Source: Gemmatimonadota bacterium (GTDB lineage: Bacteria > Gemmatimonadota > Gemmatimonadetes > Gemmatimonadales > Gemmatimonadaceae). Taken from it: a stretch of DNA of 64,000 bases. The position numbers and the translations under genes were made by a program. Shown here piece after piece: positions 19,735 through 29,975 of this stretch. The notes under the pieces are model-generated. The model saw nothing but the letters and a program-made list of their open reading frames with translations, had not been told where the DNA came from and did no database searches. The stretch lies in the NCBI GenBank assembly GCA_040389905.1, contig JAZJZK010000007.1:383492-447491 (forward strand), given 5' to 3'. Each line of letters opens with the position of its first letter. Position 1 is the first letter of the stretch.

Positions 19735-19994
19735 ACGTACTCGGTACTCAGTACAACCACCAACGTACGAGGTACCCGGAACTGGGTACCCTGACTGGCA
19801 TCCAACCCAAGAGGAGCCATCGATCCAGGAGTCGCGGATAAGTGCACCTTCAAACGCAAAACGCGGTGAAGCGAAGCGACACCCGGCTTTCGATGGCTCT
19901 TCTTGGCCTCAATGCAAGTCCGCGTACGTGGTACAGGGTACGTCGTACGTCAGTCCCGCGGTCTGGGCTTCGTACGTGGTACCCCGTACGTCGG
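19735..19994. repeat. Two clusters of 7-bp periodic GTAC repeats, roughly inverted
   Basis: ACGTACTCGGTACTCAGTAC...CGTACGAGGTACC and CGTACGTGGTACAGGGTACGTCGTACG...CGTACGTGGTACCCCGTACG. Confidence 0.65.
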
Positions 19995-19997
19995 TAA

Positions 19998-20441
19998 TTA
20001 CTGCTTGATCACCCAGACCCTGATTTCCGGCTTCACATCGGCATGGAGCTTCACCGGGACGCGGTATACGCCCAACGCCTTGATCGGATCGTGCAGGTCG
20101 ATCAGTCGCTTCTCGATATTGAAGCCCTGCGCGGCGAGCTGTTCCGCGATATCGGCCGACGTCACCGAGCCGAACAACTTGCCTTCCTCGCCGACGCGCG
20201 CCGAGAAGGTCAGCTGGACCTCCTCGAGCCGCTTCGCGAGCGTTGCCGCACTGTCGCGGCGCTCGTTTTCGGCTGCCTCGAGCCGCGACCGCTCCGCAGC
20301 GATGCGCTTGAGGTTGCCAGGTGTCGCTTCGTACGCGTAGCCGCGTGGAAGCAGGAAATTGCGAGCATAGCCGTTCTTGACGGTCACGACGTCCCCCGGA
20401 TGTCCGAGGCTCTCGACCGCTTGCCGAAGAATGATTTCCAT
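19998..20441 (-). CDS. rplI: 50S ribosomal protein L9
   Basis: GDVVTVKNGYARNFLLPRG, GKLFGSVT. Confidence 0.98.
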   Translation of the reverse strand: MEIILRQAVESLGHPGDVVTVKNGYARNFLLPRGYAYEATPGNLKRIAAERSRLEAAENERRDSAATLAKRLEEVQLTFSARVGEEGKLFGSVTSADIAEQLAAQGFNIEKRLIDLHDPIKALGVYRVPVKLHADVKPEIRVWVIKQ

Positions 20442-20456
20442 GAGTAGAACCTCAGA

Positions 20457-21497
20457 TTACGTGGTAGGGCGCGCACGACGGCGCCAATCGGCCCAGGTGT
20501 CTCCCAACCCAAGCCCGAACGCGGCAAGTGCAAGGAGAATGAAGCCGAGCACGGCAATCGTGCTCAACACAGGCCAGAACAACATGGCGAACCCGACGAG
20601 CAGCAGGATGGCGAGCGCACCTGGAGCCATGAACCAGGAAAGCACTCCGAACCCGCGAACTGCGTAAAGCGCGCCGAAAAAGACGAGCAGGTTGCGACCC
20701 GCGCCACCAAGGAAGCCGAGAGCTGGCACGAACACGATTGCCAGACCCACGATCAGACCCCAGACGAGCTGGTCGTTGAACCGAAATTCCTTCAACAAGC
20801 CCAGCGGCGTGCCGAGGCGCGTCCGCGAGAGCCGGTGGTACGTCGCCCACGCCAGGGCCAGCGCAATGAGCGATTCGAGAATCAGCAGGGAAGGAAACAA
20901 CCCCGTCCCCGTTTGGGCGAACAATCGAAGCTGCTGCTCGAACTCGTCTTGCAGCGGCCCCATTTGTGGTAACGCTTCGATGATGTCCGGATGCTCCTTC
21001 ACGAAGGCCCGGAACATCGTCATCGACTCCGTATTGCGGCGAGCGAACTCCACTGTCAAAGCCTCGCGAGCGCGCGTCGGTGTGAGCGGACCATTCAGGC
21101 TCAAGCCGAGCACGAGCACGAGCGACAACGACAGCGTGACCAACGCACGAGAGAAGAACGGCTTCTGGCCTCCAAACAGGCACACCAGGCCGAATCCTCC
21201 CGCCAGCAACAGACTCCAACCGCGCACGAGATTGTAAAACGATCCGGGCACGGTGGGCTGTACGAGCACGAACGCCGCCAGCCCGACCCACATGAGTGCG
21301 AGTACCAGCCGTCCACCCGCCCACCATCCAACGAGGCAACACGCCGCGAGCGCGGGGAGGAGGAGCAACAGCGTCTCCTCGACCGGTAGCAGCGCGCGCA
21401 ACGGTGGCATCCATGGGATGAAGAGAAACGCCGCGAGCGCGAGGAGGAGCTTGCCCCACCCGCGCTCTGCCGGCGCCGGTTGAACGGCGTCCTGCAT
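20457..21497 (-). CDS. DUF2232/YybS-like membrane protein
   Basis: Multiple TM helices, GLGDTWADWRRR C-terminus, located between rpsR and rplI. Confidence 0.75.
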   Translation of the reverse strand: MQDAVQPAPAERGWGKLLLALAAFLFIPWMPPLRALLPVEETLLLLLPALAACCLVGWWAGGRLVLALMWVGLAAFVLVQPTVPGSFYNLVRGWSLLLAGGFGLVCLFGGQKPFFSRALVTLSLSLVLVLGLSLNGPLTPTRAREALTVEFARRNTESMTMFRAFVKEHPDIIEALPQMGPLQDEFEQQLRLFAQTGTGLFPSLLILESLIALALAWATYHRLSRTRLGTPLGLLKEFRFNDQLVWGLIVGLAIVFVPALGFLGGAGRNLLVFFGALYAVRGFGVLSWFMAPGALAILLLVGFAMLFWPVLSTIAVLGFILLALAAFGLGLGDTWADWRRRARPTT

Positions 21498-21499
21498 CG

Positions 21500-21721
21500 T
21501 TATCCCTGCAAACCCCGCGTGTACGGCAGCAGCGCCAGATAGCGCGCGCGCTTGATCGCGGTGCTCAGCTGACGCTGATGGCGCGCGCACACGCCGCTCA
21601 GGCGGCTGGGCAGGATCTTCCCATGATCGGTGATGAACCGGCCGAGCGTGCGCTCGTCCTTGTAGTCGACGAAACGAACGCGCGTTTCGCAGAACGGGCA
21701 AGCCTTCGATGGTCTGCGCAT
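21500..21721 (-). CDS. rpsR: 30S ribosomal protein S18
   Basis: [33 protein letters not shown]. Confidence 0.98.
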   Translation of the reverse strand: MRRPSKACPFCETRVRFVDYKDERTLGRFITDHGKILPSRLSGVCARHQRQLSTAIKRARYLALLPYTRGLQG

Positions 21722-21724
21722 GGT

Positions 21725-22090
21725 CTACTCCTCGTCGTCGTCGTCGTCTTCGCCACGCTTCTTCGCGAGGGCGAGCTCTTCTTCCGTCATCGGCGGTGCA
21801 CCGACTTCGTTCTCGAAGATGGTGAGCAGATGGCGAATGACACCCTCGTCGAGCTTGAGCGCGCGCTCGTACTCGGGGATGCCCTGCGACTCGGCTTCGA
21901 ACCGCGCGATGACATAGTAGCCATTCTCGCGTGAACCGATGGGGTACGCCAGCTGGCGGCGGCCCCAGTGATCGACCTTCATTTCCCCGGACGTGCCGAG
22001 GAGTTGGTGGAAGCGGTCAAGCTTCTCGGTGACGGCGCTATCTTCGAGCGTGGAGTCGAAGATATAGACCGCCTCGTATGGACGTGGCAT
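21725..22090 (-). CDS. rpsF: 30S ribosomal protein S6
   Basis: RPYEAVYI, WGRRQLAYPI, VIRHL, acidic tail. Confidence 0.97.
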   Translation of the reverse strand: MPRPYEAVYIFDSTLEDSAVTEKLDRFHQLLGTSGEMKVDHWGRRQLAYPIGSRENGYYVIARFEAESQGIPEYERALKLDEGVIRHLLTIFENEVGAPPMTEEELALAKKRGEDDDDDEE

Positions 22091-22155
22091 GTCCTGGCAA
22101 TCCTCCCTTTGGACGTATCCGCCCCCCGCTGGTTGCCGAAGCAGGGGGAGGGTGA
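22091..22155 (-). promoter_or_regulatory. Candidate S6:S18 ribosomal leader
   Basis: CCCUCCC can pair with the SD GGGAGG; CCA just before the SD. Confidence 0.4.
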
Positions 22156-22337
22156 GTTTTCGCGCCGCTCGTGCGGCACTGCTGCGGTATGACAGCCCCT
22201 AAAGATAAGCGCCGCAACGCCTTTTGGAAGGGTTTCCCGCCCATCCTTAAGGAAATCTAGGGTCGCCCCACCACGCTCGCAGAACGACGTGTACACTGTT
22301 CGCGTAGTAGTAGCACGACGCCGGTTCTTCCCGATTC

Positions 22338-24368
22338 ATGAACGCCGCCCCTCACATCCTCGACTTTCCAACGCCCGCCGGGACCCAGCCTGCCGCGCTC
22401 CCCTTCGCGGTGTTCGTCGTCGATCCCACGGGTCGGATCGCGAGCTGGAGCCTGGCGGCCGCGCGCGCAACCGGATACACGGCGGCAGAGGTCGCGGGTG
22501 CGGAGCTCGCCATTCTCTTCCTGCCCGATGCCCGCGTCGCCGGACACCCCTTCACTGACCTCGCCCGTGCAGCGCGCAGTGGCGTCAGCGAATACCGCGG
22601 ATGGCTCCTGCGAAAAGATTCGCAGCGAACGTGGTCCCAGATTGTACTCACCGCCCTTCGCGACGCCCGGGGGATGATCGTTTCCTTCGTGGTCCATGTC
22701 AGCGATCTCACCGAGGCGCGCGCGGAAGAGGAGCGCGTGCTGTCGCGCGCCGACCAGCTGTCGGCCCTGGACCGAACACGCAGGGAGGTGGAATCAAGTC
22801 TCAGTCTCGCGCAGCTTCTCCCCAAGATTGCCGCAAGGGCACGTGAGCTCACGGGCGCGGAGGCCGCGATCATCGAGTTGCGCGAAGGGATGGGAGAGCG
22901 GGCACGGGCGTTCGACGGGCGCGCGGACCTCGACATCGAGCTTGGTGCCGTCCTCATGCCGCACGAAGAGATGCCGGGACCGACGCCGCGCTGCCTCATC
23001 TACGATAGTCATCACGAGTCTCCGGAGATCCTCGGCGACGTGTGCGATCGGTCAGGAGTGGGTTCCATGCTGGCCATTCCGATCGTTCATGACCGAAATG
23101 GAGTGGGATGGCTCGCGGTCATGTCGCGCTCGCCGCACGCATTCGAAGAAGAAGCAGCGGCAAGCCTGGAACTCATGTCGACGCTGCTGGGTGCGCCCAT
23201 CGTTCAGGCACAAGCATCGGAGGTGCGCCGCGACCTCGTCATGGAGCGGTCTCGCGCACAGGAGGCGCACCGGGAAAGTGAAGCGCGCTTTCGCGCGGCG
23301 ATGGACGCGTCGCTGGATGCCTTCTTCATCCTGGGCGCCTATCGTGACGCCGGCGCGCTCGTCGACTTCACCGTGCTCGACGCGAACCGGAAAGCGGAAG
23401 AACTCTGCGGACTCGGCCACGGTGCCTTCTGGGGCCAGCGCCTCAGCGCTCTTCCGTCGGCGGGTGCCCAGATCGCACCACTCGCGACACTCGCGACGGT
23501 CGTTCGGACAGGCAGGGCGCTGGAGCAGGAGCGGCAGACGACCGATACCATGGGGCGCGCCCAATGGGTGCAGGAGCAAATCGTTCCACTGGGTGATGGC
23601 GTCACCGTAACGGTTCGCGACGTGACCGCGCGCGTGCTGGCCGATACCGAGGTGCGGCGCGCGCGCGAAGCGGCGGAGACCGCGAACCGCGCGAAGACGG
23701 ACTTCGTCGCGCGCATGAGCCACGAACTGCGCACGCCGCTCAACTCGGTCATCGGGTTCGCGAACGTGTTGTTGCGCAACCGACGCAGCACATTTGACGA
23801 CACGGAGCTCGACTATCTCACGCGCGTGTCAGCGGCCGGTACCCATCTGCTCGGCCTCGTGAACGACGTCCTCGATATCGCCAAGATCGAAGCGGGACAC
23901 CTGACGCTGGAGATCGCGCCAGTCGACGTGGTCGCGCTCGTTGACTCCGTCATCACGCAGATGGACACGCTTGCGGTGGCGGGTGGGCTCACGCTTCGGC
24001 TGGAGACGACAGGCGAACCGATGATCGTTCAGGCCGATGCCGGGCGGCTGCGACAGGTGTTGATCAATCTCGTCGGCAATGCCATCAAGTTCACGCCGGC
24101 CGGCAGCGTGACGGTCCGTCTCCTCGGCGAGGATGCGACAACGGGTCCGAGTATCGAAATCTCGGACACCGGCATCGGAATTCCCGCCGACCGCCTCGGC
24201 GCGGTGTTCGACGCTTTCGAGCAGGCGGAGTCATCCACCTCGCGCCGCTACGGCGGAACGGGGCTGGGCCTCGCGATCTCGCGCGCACTCTGTGACGCGA
24301 TGGGCCTCACACTGACCGTCGATAGCGCGCTGGGCAACGGCGCGACCTTTCGCATCGGGTTGCGCTAA
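22338..24368 (+). CDS. PAS-GAF-PAS sensor histidine kinase
   Basis: H-box MSHELRTPLN, N-box NLVGNAIKFT, DTGIGI, GGTGLGLAI. Confidence 0.93.
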   Translation: MNAAPHILDFPTPAGTQPAALPFAVFVVDPTGRIASWSLAAARATGYTAAEVAGAELAILFLPDARVAGHPFTDLARAARSGVSEYRGWLLRKDSQRTWSQIVLTALRDARGMIVSFVVHVSDLTEARAEEERVLSRADQLSALDRTRREVESSLSLAQLLPKIAARARELTGAEAAIIELREGMGERARAFDGRADLDIELGAVLMPHEEMPGPTPRCLIYDSHHESPEILGDVCDRSGVGSMLAIPIVHDRNGVGWLAVMSRSPHAFEEEAAASLELMSTLLGAPIVQAQASEVRRDLVMERSRAQEAHRESEARFRAAMDASLDAFFILGAYRDAGALVDFTVLDANRKAEELCGLGHGAFWGQRLSALPSAGAQIAPLATLATVVRTGRALEQERQTTDTMGRAQWVQEQIVPLGDGVTVTVRDVTARVLADTEVRRAREAAETANRAKTDFVARMSHELRTPLNSVIGFANVLLRNRRSTFDDTELDYLTRVSAAGTHLLGLVNDVLDIAKIEAGHLTLEIAPVDVVALVDSVITQMDTLAVAGGLTLRLETTGEPMIVQADAGRLRQVLINLVGNAIKFTPAGSVTVRLLGEDATTGPSIEISDTGIGIPADRLGAVFDAFEQAESSTSRRYGGTGLGLAISRALCDAMGLTLTVDSALGNGATFRIGLR

Positions 24369-24781
24369 GCGGTTTTCGCGCGGGGCGGAAGGATTCGGAC
24401 GATCGTCTCGAGCAGGAATCGCACGGCGATTGGCTTGGCGAGAAAGACATCGCAGTCCGACTTGAACTGTGTCCACGTCTCTGCCGGCATGAACTGTCCG
24501 CTCATGATGATGATCGGGATATCCCGTGTGGCGGCGTCGGTCTTGAGCGCGTGTGCGACATGCCATCCGTCCAGGCCCGGCAGGCCCACATCCATGAGGA
24601 TGAGCGCCGGTCTTTCGGCGCGCGCCACGCGAAGCGCCTCGACGCCGTCATCGATTCCGAGCACAAAATACCCGGCGGAGATGAGGATACGCGTGTAGAG
24701 CGAGCGTTGGGTCAGATCGTCTTCAGCCAGCAGTATGACGGGGTCGCGCGCGTCCATATTCAGGTGCTCGTGATCATGCAT
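24365..24781 (-). CDS. Single-domain response regulator
   Basis: LLAEDD, ILMDVGLPGLDG, FLAKP; GAGGAG upstream of ATG 24781. Confidence 0.88.
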   Translation of the reverse strand: MHDHEHLNMDARDPVILLAEDDLTQRSLYTRILISAGYFVLGIDDGVEALRVARAERPALILMDVGLPGLDGWHVAHALKTDAATRDIPIIIMSGQFMPAETWTQFKSDCDVFLAKPIAVRFLLETIVRILPPRAKTA

Positions 24782-24943
24782 CGTGGAATCGTCTCCTCGA
24801 TCGAACATGCGCCATTCTTACGTCGAGTGCCGAGGGAGCGTTGCGCGGCAACGTTCGGGTCGACGGTAGCTGGCAGGCGAGAGATGAAAAACGTAGGTTC
24901 GTCGCTCGCGTAATGGGAGTGGCATGGATCACATATCGATAAA

Positions 24944-26194
24944 ATGAGCCACTCTCGCGGACGCGCAGCGCTTCGCGCACTGACAGGTCTCGTACTGGGT
25001 CTGACCGTCGGCGTGGCCCTGTCGACGTCGGAATCACCGGCGGCCGGCGCGATACTTCGCGACATCGAGCCACTCGGCGTCATGTGGGTGAACGCGATCC
25101 GCATGACCGTCATTCCCCTGGTCGTTGCCTCGCTGATCATTGCGGTGTCTGGCACCGCGCCTGGCACCGTGGGGCGACTGGGCGTCCGGGTATTTCTCAT
25201 CTTTACCGCGCTGCTGGCCGTCATCGCCGCCATCACTGCGGTGGTCGCCCCGTGGCTTTTCGAACGGCTCGCCATCGATCCGGCCGCCGCCGAGTCCATC
25301 CGAGCGGGTGTGCCGGCGATTCAGCGCCCCGAGCTTCCGTCGTTCTCCGCGTGGCTCATCGGCATCGTGCCAACGAATCCGATCAAGGCCGCGGCCGACG
25401 GCGCGATGCTCCCGCTCGTCGGATTCTCGCTCGCCTTCGGGCTCGCACTCGGACGGCTCGACGAGCCGCGACGCGAGTTCGTCGTCGCGTTCTTCCGCGG
25501 CATCGCGGAAGCAATGACGCTTCTGGTGTCGTGGGTCCTGTCACTCGCGCCGGTGGGTGTGTTCCTGCTCGCGCTGGTTCTGGCCGCGAAACTCGGCGCC
25601 GGCGTAGTTGGTGCAGTGGGCTTTTATATCCTCGTCCATTCGGGACTCTTGCTTCTGGCGACGGCGTTGCTGTACGTCGCGGTTATCCTGTTCGCGCGAG
25701 TCGCCGTGAGGGACTTCGCACGTGCAGCGCTCCCTGGTCAGCTCGTTGCGGTTACGACGCGTTCGTCCATGGCGGCCCTTCCCGCGTTGCTCACGTCGGC
25801 CGACGCGACGCTTCGTCTCCCCAACACCGTGACGAGCTTCGCGCTGCCGCTCGCGACGTCGACGTTCCGGTTGAATCAGGCGGTGACGTGGGTTGTCGTG
25901 ACACTCTTTGCGGCCAAATTGTACGGCATTGGGATCGGACCGGGTGTCATCGCGACGATTGCCGCGACGTCGGTGCTCATGAGCTTCAGCGTGCCGGGAA
26001 TCCCGAGTGCGTCGTTGTTCATGATCGCGCCTTTTCTGGCGACGGTCGGCATACCGCCAGAGAGCATTGGGGTGTTGATCGCGATCGATCTCATTCCTGA
26101 TGTCTTCAAGACGCTGCTCAACGTCACAGGACATCTGGCGTCAGTCACGTTGCTCGCCGGCCGAGAGGAGCTCCCGCCCGTTTTGTCGCCCTGA
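24944..26194 (+). CDS. Dicarboxylate/amino acid:cation symporter (DAACS)
   Basis: IRMTVIPLV, PTNP, TRSSMAALP, PGIP, TLLNVTG. Confidence 0.9.
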   Translation: MSHSRGRAALRALTGLVLGLTVGVALSTSESPAAGAILRDIEPLGVMWVNAIRMTVIPLVVASLIIAVSGTAPGTVGRLGVRVFLIFTALLAVIAAITAVVAPWLFERLAIDPAAAESIRAGVPAIQRPELPSFSAWLIGIVPTNPIKAAADGAMLPLVGFSLAFGLALGRLDEPRREFVVAFFRGIAEAMTLLVSWVLSLAPVGVFLLALVLAAKLGAGVVGAVGFYILVHSGLLLLATALLYVAVILFARVAVRDFARAALPGQLVAVTTRSSMAALPALLTSADATLRLPNTVTSFALPLATSTFRLNQAVTWVVVTLFAAKLYGIGIGPGVIATIAATSVLMSFSVPGIPSASLFMIAPFLATVGIPPESIGVLIAIDLIPDVFKTLLNVTGHLASVTLLAGREELPPVLSP

Positions 26195-26341
26195 GCACCG
26201 CGCTGCTTGCTAGAGGCTGGTTGGTATCGGCGCGATCGTTAGGAAGCGACGGCCGGCAACGGTGTGAACTCGGGGTGCGGCGAAGGAGGGAAGGGGCTAC
26301 TGTAGAATGCACGCCTTCTTCCCTCGGACTCCTGCTCCCCG

Positions 26342-27595
26342 ATGTTGCTCAATCAGACTCCGTTTTCCTCTAGCGTTCGACTCCTACGTGGTGCGGCCCT
26401 CGCCGTCCTGACCGCCGCCACGCTCTCGTGCGAAGTCACCTCCGCTCCAGAAGGTGATCGCGACATCGCCATCGGCGGCCTCTTCTCGCTCACCGGCAAC
26501 TGGGCGACGCTCGGCGTCACGAGCAAGGCCGCACTCGAGCTTGCCGTCGCTGACGTCAACGCGGCGTATGCGGGGAGTGGGTTGCATTTCACCGCCGATG
26601 TCGCTGATACCAAGCTCGATCCGCAAATCGCGCTCACGCAGGCGACCGAACTGCGCGCGCGCGGAGTGCAGATCATCATCGGCCCGCAGTCGAGTGCCGA
26701 GCTCGCCGTGCTCAAGCCGTACGTCGATGCGAATCCGGTCCTCATCGTCAGCCAATCGAGCACCGCCGGCACGCTCGCCGTTGCCGGTGACAACATCTTC
26801 CGCCTGACACCCGCTGATACACTCGAGGGTGTTGCCGCGGCGGCGCTGATGTACAATGACGGGGTCCGCTCGGTCGTTCCCATCTGGCGCGGCGATGCAG
26901 GGAATCGCGGGCTGCATACCTCCACGCAACTCGAGTTCGGTTTGCTTGGCGGAACGACGTCCACCGGCATCGAGTACGCGGCGACCGCGACGAACTTCAC
27001 GGCGCCGGTCTCCACCGTCAGCACACAGGTCCGCGCCGCGATCGCGCAGGTTGGCGCGAACCGGGTAGGCGTGTATCTCGCGGCGTTCGACGAGGTCGTC
27101 GATGTCTTCGTGGCTGCATCAGCCGACCCGGTGCTCTCGACCGTGCGCTGGTATGGCACCGACGGCGTCGCGCTGAGCGGGCCCATTCTCGCGAGTGCCG
27201 CCGCGGTGGCCTTCGCCACGAAGGTTGGCTATCCGAATCCGATCTTCGGGTTGTCCGATGCGAGGAAGGATGTGTGGGGTCCGATCGCCGCGCGCATTCA
27301 GGCGCAGGCCAAAGTGGAGCCCGACGCCTTTGCACTCGGCGTCTACGACGCGGTGTGGCTCGCGGCAGCAGCCTATGCGGCGTCGCCTCGCCCTGCGACG
27401 ATCGACCAGCTCCGCGCGCGCTTTGTGGCGGCGACGGGGTCGCACAATGGGACAACGGGATGGACGGTGCTCAACGCGGCGGGCGACCGAAAGTTCGCTG
27501 ACTTCGACTTCTGGTCGATCGTGAAGGATGCGTCGGGCACGCGCTGGGTGCGGACCGCGCAGTACGATACGCAGCTCAAGGTCCTGACGCGCTAA
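26342..27595 (+). CDS. Periplasmic binding lipoprotein (LivJ-like type I PBP)
   Basis: Lipobox TLSC, IGGLFSLTG, ADTKLDP, IIGPQSS, YDAVWL. Confidence 0.8.
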   Translation: MLLNQTPFSSSVRLLRGAALAVLTAATLSCEVTSAPEGDRDIAIGGLFSLTGNWATLGVTSKAALELAVADVNAAYAGSGLHFTADVADTKLDPQIALTQATELRARGVQIIIGPQSSAELAVLKPYVDANPVLIVSQSSTAGTLAVAGDNIFRLTPADTLEGVAAAALMYNDGVRSVVPIWRGDAGNRGLHTSTQLEFGLLGGTTSTGIEYAATATNFTAPVSTVSTQVRAAIAQVGANRVGVYLAAFDEVVDVFVAASADPVLSTVRWYGTDGVALSGPILASAAAVAFATKVGYPNPIFGLSDARKDVWGPIAARIQAQAKVEPDAFALGVYDAVWLAAAAYAASPRPATIDQLRARFVAATGSHNGTTGWTVLNAAGDRKFADFDFWSIVKDASGTRWVRTAQYDTQLKVLTR

Positions 27596-27641
27596 ACCGA
27601 GTCGCGCAGATCCTGGCAGAAACACCGCAACTGCAAACATT

Positions 27642-27898
27642 AACCACAGAGGACACAGAGGACTACGGAAAAGCGTCTCGCAGAGGTCGCAGAGAACTGC
27701 AACAGCCGCAGAGGTCGCAGTGGACCGAGGGACCCACTGAAAACACGGCACGTTCATTATTACGCGTTCTTTTTGCAGTCCTCTGCGTGACCCCTGCCAC
27801 CTCTGCGTTCAATCAGTTGTTGTTGACCTATCTGAACGAGACGGATGCCGAACGCGATCGCAGCGCTGTATCTGCGTTGTCCTCCGTGTCCCTCAGTG
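27642..27898. repeat. Nested inverted repeats with ~9-bp periodic CAGAG / CTCTG units
   Basis: AACCACAGAGGACACAGAGG...CGCAGAGGTCGCAGAG vs CTCTGCGTGACCCCTGCCACCTCTGCG...CCTCCGTGTCCCTCAGTG. Confidence 0.7.
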
Positions 27899-28750
27899 CT
27901 CACCATCGCGCCGGCCGAGCTCCGAGTCGTACCGGAAATCAGCGAGATCCCCGACGCTCGTGAGTACGTGCGCCGCAGGCTCACCCTTCACGTAACGGTC
28001 GAGGAATGCGACGGCGTACTCGACGATGTCGTCGTGCGTCGGATTGTCTCGGCCGCCCCAGGTGAGGTGGCTCGCATTCCGAAACACGACGAGGTACTTC
28101 GCATCGGTTGCGAGATCGTACGCGCCGCCCTTACGCTGCAACGCACGCGTGATGCGGGCGTCGAGCGAGCCGCCCTGGAACATGATCGGCGCACGAATAT
28201 TGGCGAGCGATTTCTGCTCGATGAACGGCACGAGATACGGACAGAGTGCCAGCACCGCACTGGGCGATGTCGATCCGGCCCAGGAGCGCCAGCCTCCCGC
28301 GAGCGCCACCGCAGTGTATCCGCCAAGGGAGTGCCCAGCGTACGCATAGCGGCTGAAGTCGATGCGCGTGCGGAATCGAGCGTCGATCCGTAGCGCCGCC
28401 TCGATCGCATGCACGTCATTGCGACGATCGATGAACGTGTTCTCGTTCCACGTGCTCGGATCGGAAAATGAAACGTTCCGAGTGCTGGCCGGCGTGCGCC
28501 GGCGGCCGCATCCAGCATCGCCATGTCGTACCGAAACGACCCAGTACCCATTGTTTGCGAGCGCCCGGAGCAGATACCCGGGCTGCGTGGGACACCCGCC
28601 ATATCCGTGTGAGTAGATAACCAGCGGCGCGCGCCCGGACCCGGACGGCTTCCAGATTGACACCTCGCGCCCGGCCAAGGTGACGACCTGGTCCTGCGCG
28701 AAGGCAATACTCGATGTGAGCAGCAGTAGGCACGTAACGCGGCGAAGCAT
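27893..28750 (-). CDS. Secreted alpha/beta hydrolase
   Basis: Signal peptide, SHGYGG, GHSLGG nucleophile elbow, downstream Asp and His. Confidence 0.85.
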   Translation of the reverse strand: MLRRVTCLLLLTSSIAFAQDQVVTLAGREVSIWKPSGSGRAPLVIYSHGYGGCPTQPGYLLRALANNGYWVVSVRHGDAGCGRRRTPASTRNVSFSDPSTWNENTFIDRRNDVHAIEAALRIDARFRTRIDFSRYAYAGHSLGGYTAVALAGGWRSWAGSTSPSAVLALCPYLVPFIEQKSLANIRAPIMFQGGSLDARITRALQRKGGAYDLATDAKYLVVFRNASHLTWGGRDNPTHDDIVEYAVAFLDRYVKGEPAAHVLTSVGDLADFRYDSELGRRDGEH

Positions 28751-28809
28751 GCCCACCAGAGTGGCAAGCGCAGGGCCAAACCTGCGCTCGCGTCCACTTC
28801 TTGACTCGG

Positions 28810-29910
28810 CTAGACGTTGAAGCGGAACAGCAATACGTCGCCGTCTTTCACGACGTATTCCTTTCCTTCCTGCCGCATGAGGCCCTTGTCCTTCACACCC
28901 TTCCATCCGCCATTGCGGATGAAATCGTCATAGCCCGCGGTCTCCGCCTTGATGAAGCCGCGTTCGAAGTCCGTGTGAATGACGCCGGCGGCCTGCGGCG
29001 CCGTATCACCGCGATGGATCGTCCACGCCCGCACTTCCTGTTCACCAGCGGTAAAGTACGTCTGGAGGCCGAGCAGGTGGTATCCGCCGCGAATGAGGCG
29101 GTCGAGTCCTGCGCTTTCGAGTCCCAAGGTCGCGAGAAAATCCTGACGATCCTCGGGCGGTAGCTCCGCCAGTTCACTCTCGATCTTTGCGGAGAAGGGA
29201 ACGATCTCCGCCTGCTCGCCGCTCGCGGCAATCGCCGCGCGCAGCGCAATGAGGTGCGGCCCCTCTTCGCCAGACAGCTCCGCATCGGTGACGTTCGCCG
29301 CATAGAGAATGGGCTTGGTCGTCATGAGCGTGAGCGGCTTGAGCAACGCGAGTTGGTCGGCGTCGAACTTCGCCTCCCAGAGCCCCTTTCCTTCCTTGAG
29401 GAACTCATGCGCGCGCTCGAGTGTCGGCAACTCCGCGAGGGCTTCCTTGTCGCCGGTCTTGGCTGACCGCTTTACGCGATCGAGCCGCTTTTCGACCGTG
29501 GCCAGGTCGGCGAGCGCGAGTTCGAATTCGATGACCTCGCGATCGCGCACGGGATCGACGGAACCCATGACATGCAGGATGTCATCGTCATCGAAGCAGC
29601 GCACGACATGCACGATCGCATCGGTCTCGCGGATGTTCGCGAGGAACTGGTTGCCGAGTCCTTCTCCCTTGCTCGCGCCCTCGACGAGTCCCGCGATGTC
29701 GACGAACTCGACCGCGGCTGGTACGGTGCGTTGGGGCTGCACGACATCCGCGAGTGCCTTGAGGCGATCATCAGGCACGCTGACGCGGCCGATGTTGGGG
29801 TCCTTGGTCGCGAACGGATAGTTGGCGGCGAGGACGCCTGCACTGGTCAGGGCGTTGAAGAGCGTGGATTTGCCGACGTTGGGAAGACCGACGATGCCGA
29901 GTCTGAGCAT
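28810..29910 (-). CDS. ychF: Ribosome-binding ATPase YchF
   Basis: GLPNVGKSTLFN, DIAGLV, GEGLGNQFL, IHTDFERGFI. Confidence 0.98.
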   Translation of the reverse strand: MLRLGIVGLPNVGKSTLFNALTSAGVLAANYPFATKDPNIGRVSVPDDRLKALADVVQPQRTVPAAVEFVDIAGLVEGASKGEGLGNQFLANIRETDAIVHVVRCFDDDDILHVMGSVDPVRDREVIEFELALADLATVEKRLDRVKRSAKTGDKEALAELPTLERAHEFLKEGKGLWEAKFDADQLALLKPLTLMTTKPILYAANVTDAELSGEEGPHLIALRAAIAASGEQAEIVPFSAKIESELAELPPEDRQDFLATLGLESAGLDRLIRGGYHLLGLQTYFTAGEQEVRAWTIHRGDTAPQAAGVIHTDFERGFIKAETAGYDDFIRNGGWKGVKDKGLMRQEGKEYVVKDGDVLLFRFNV

Positions 29911-29975
29911 GGAAAAGACTATGAGTGCAATGGAACGATGACGCGTTTGCGTCGCTCGCGCGCGAATGTTCGCGC

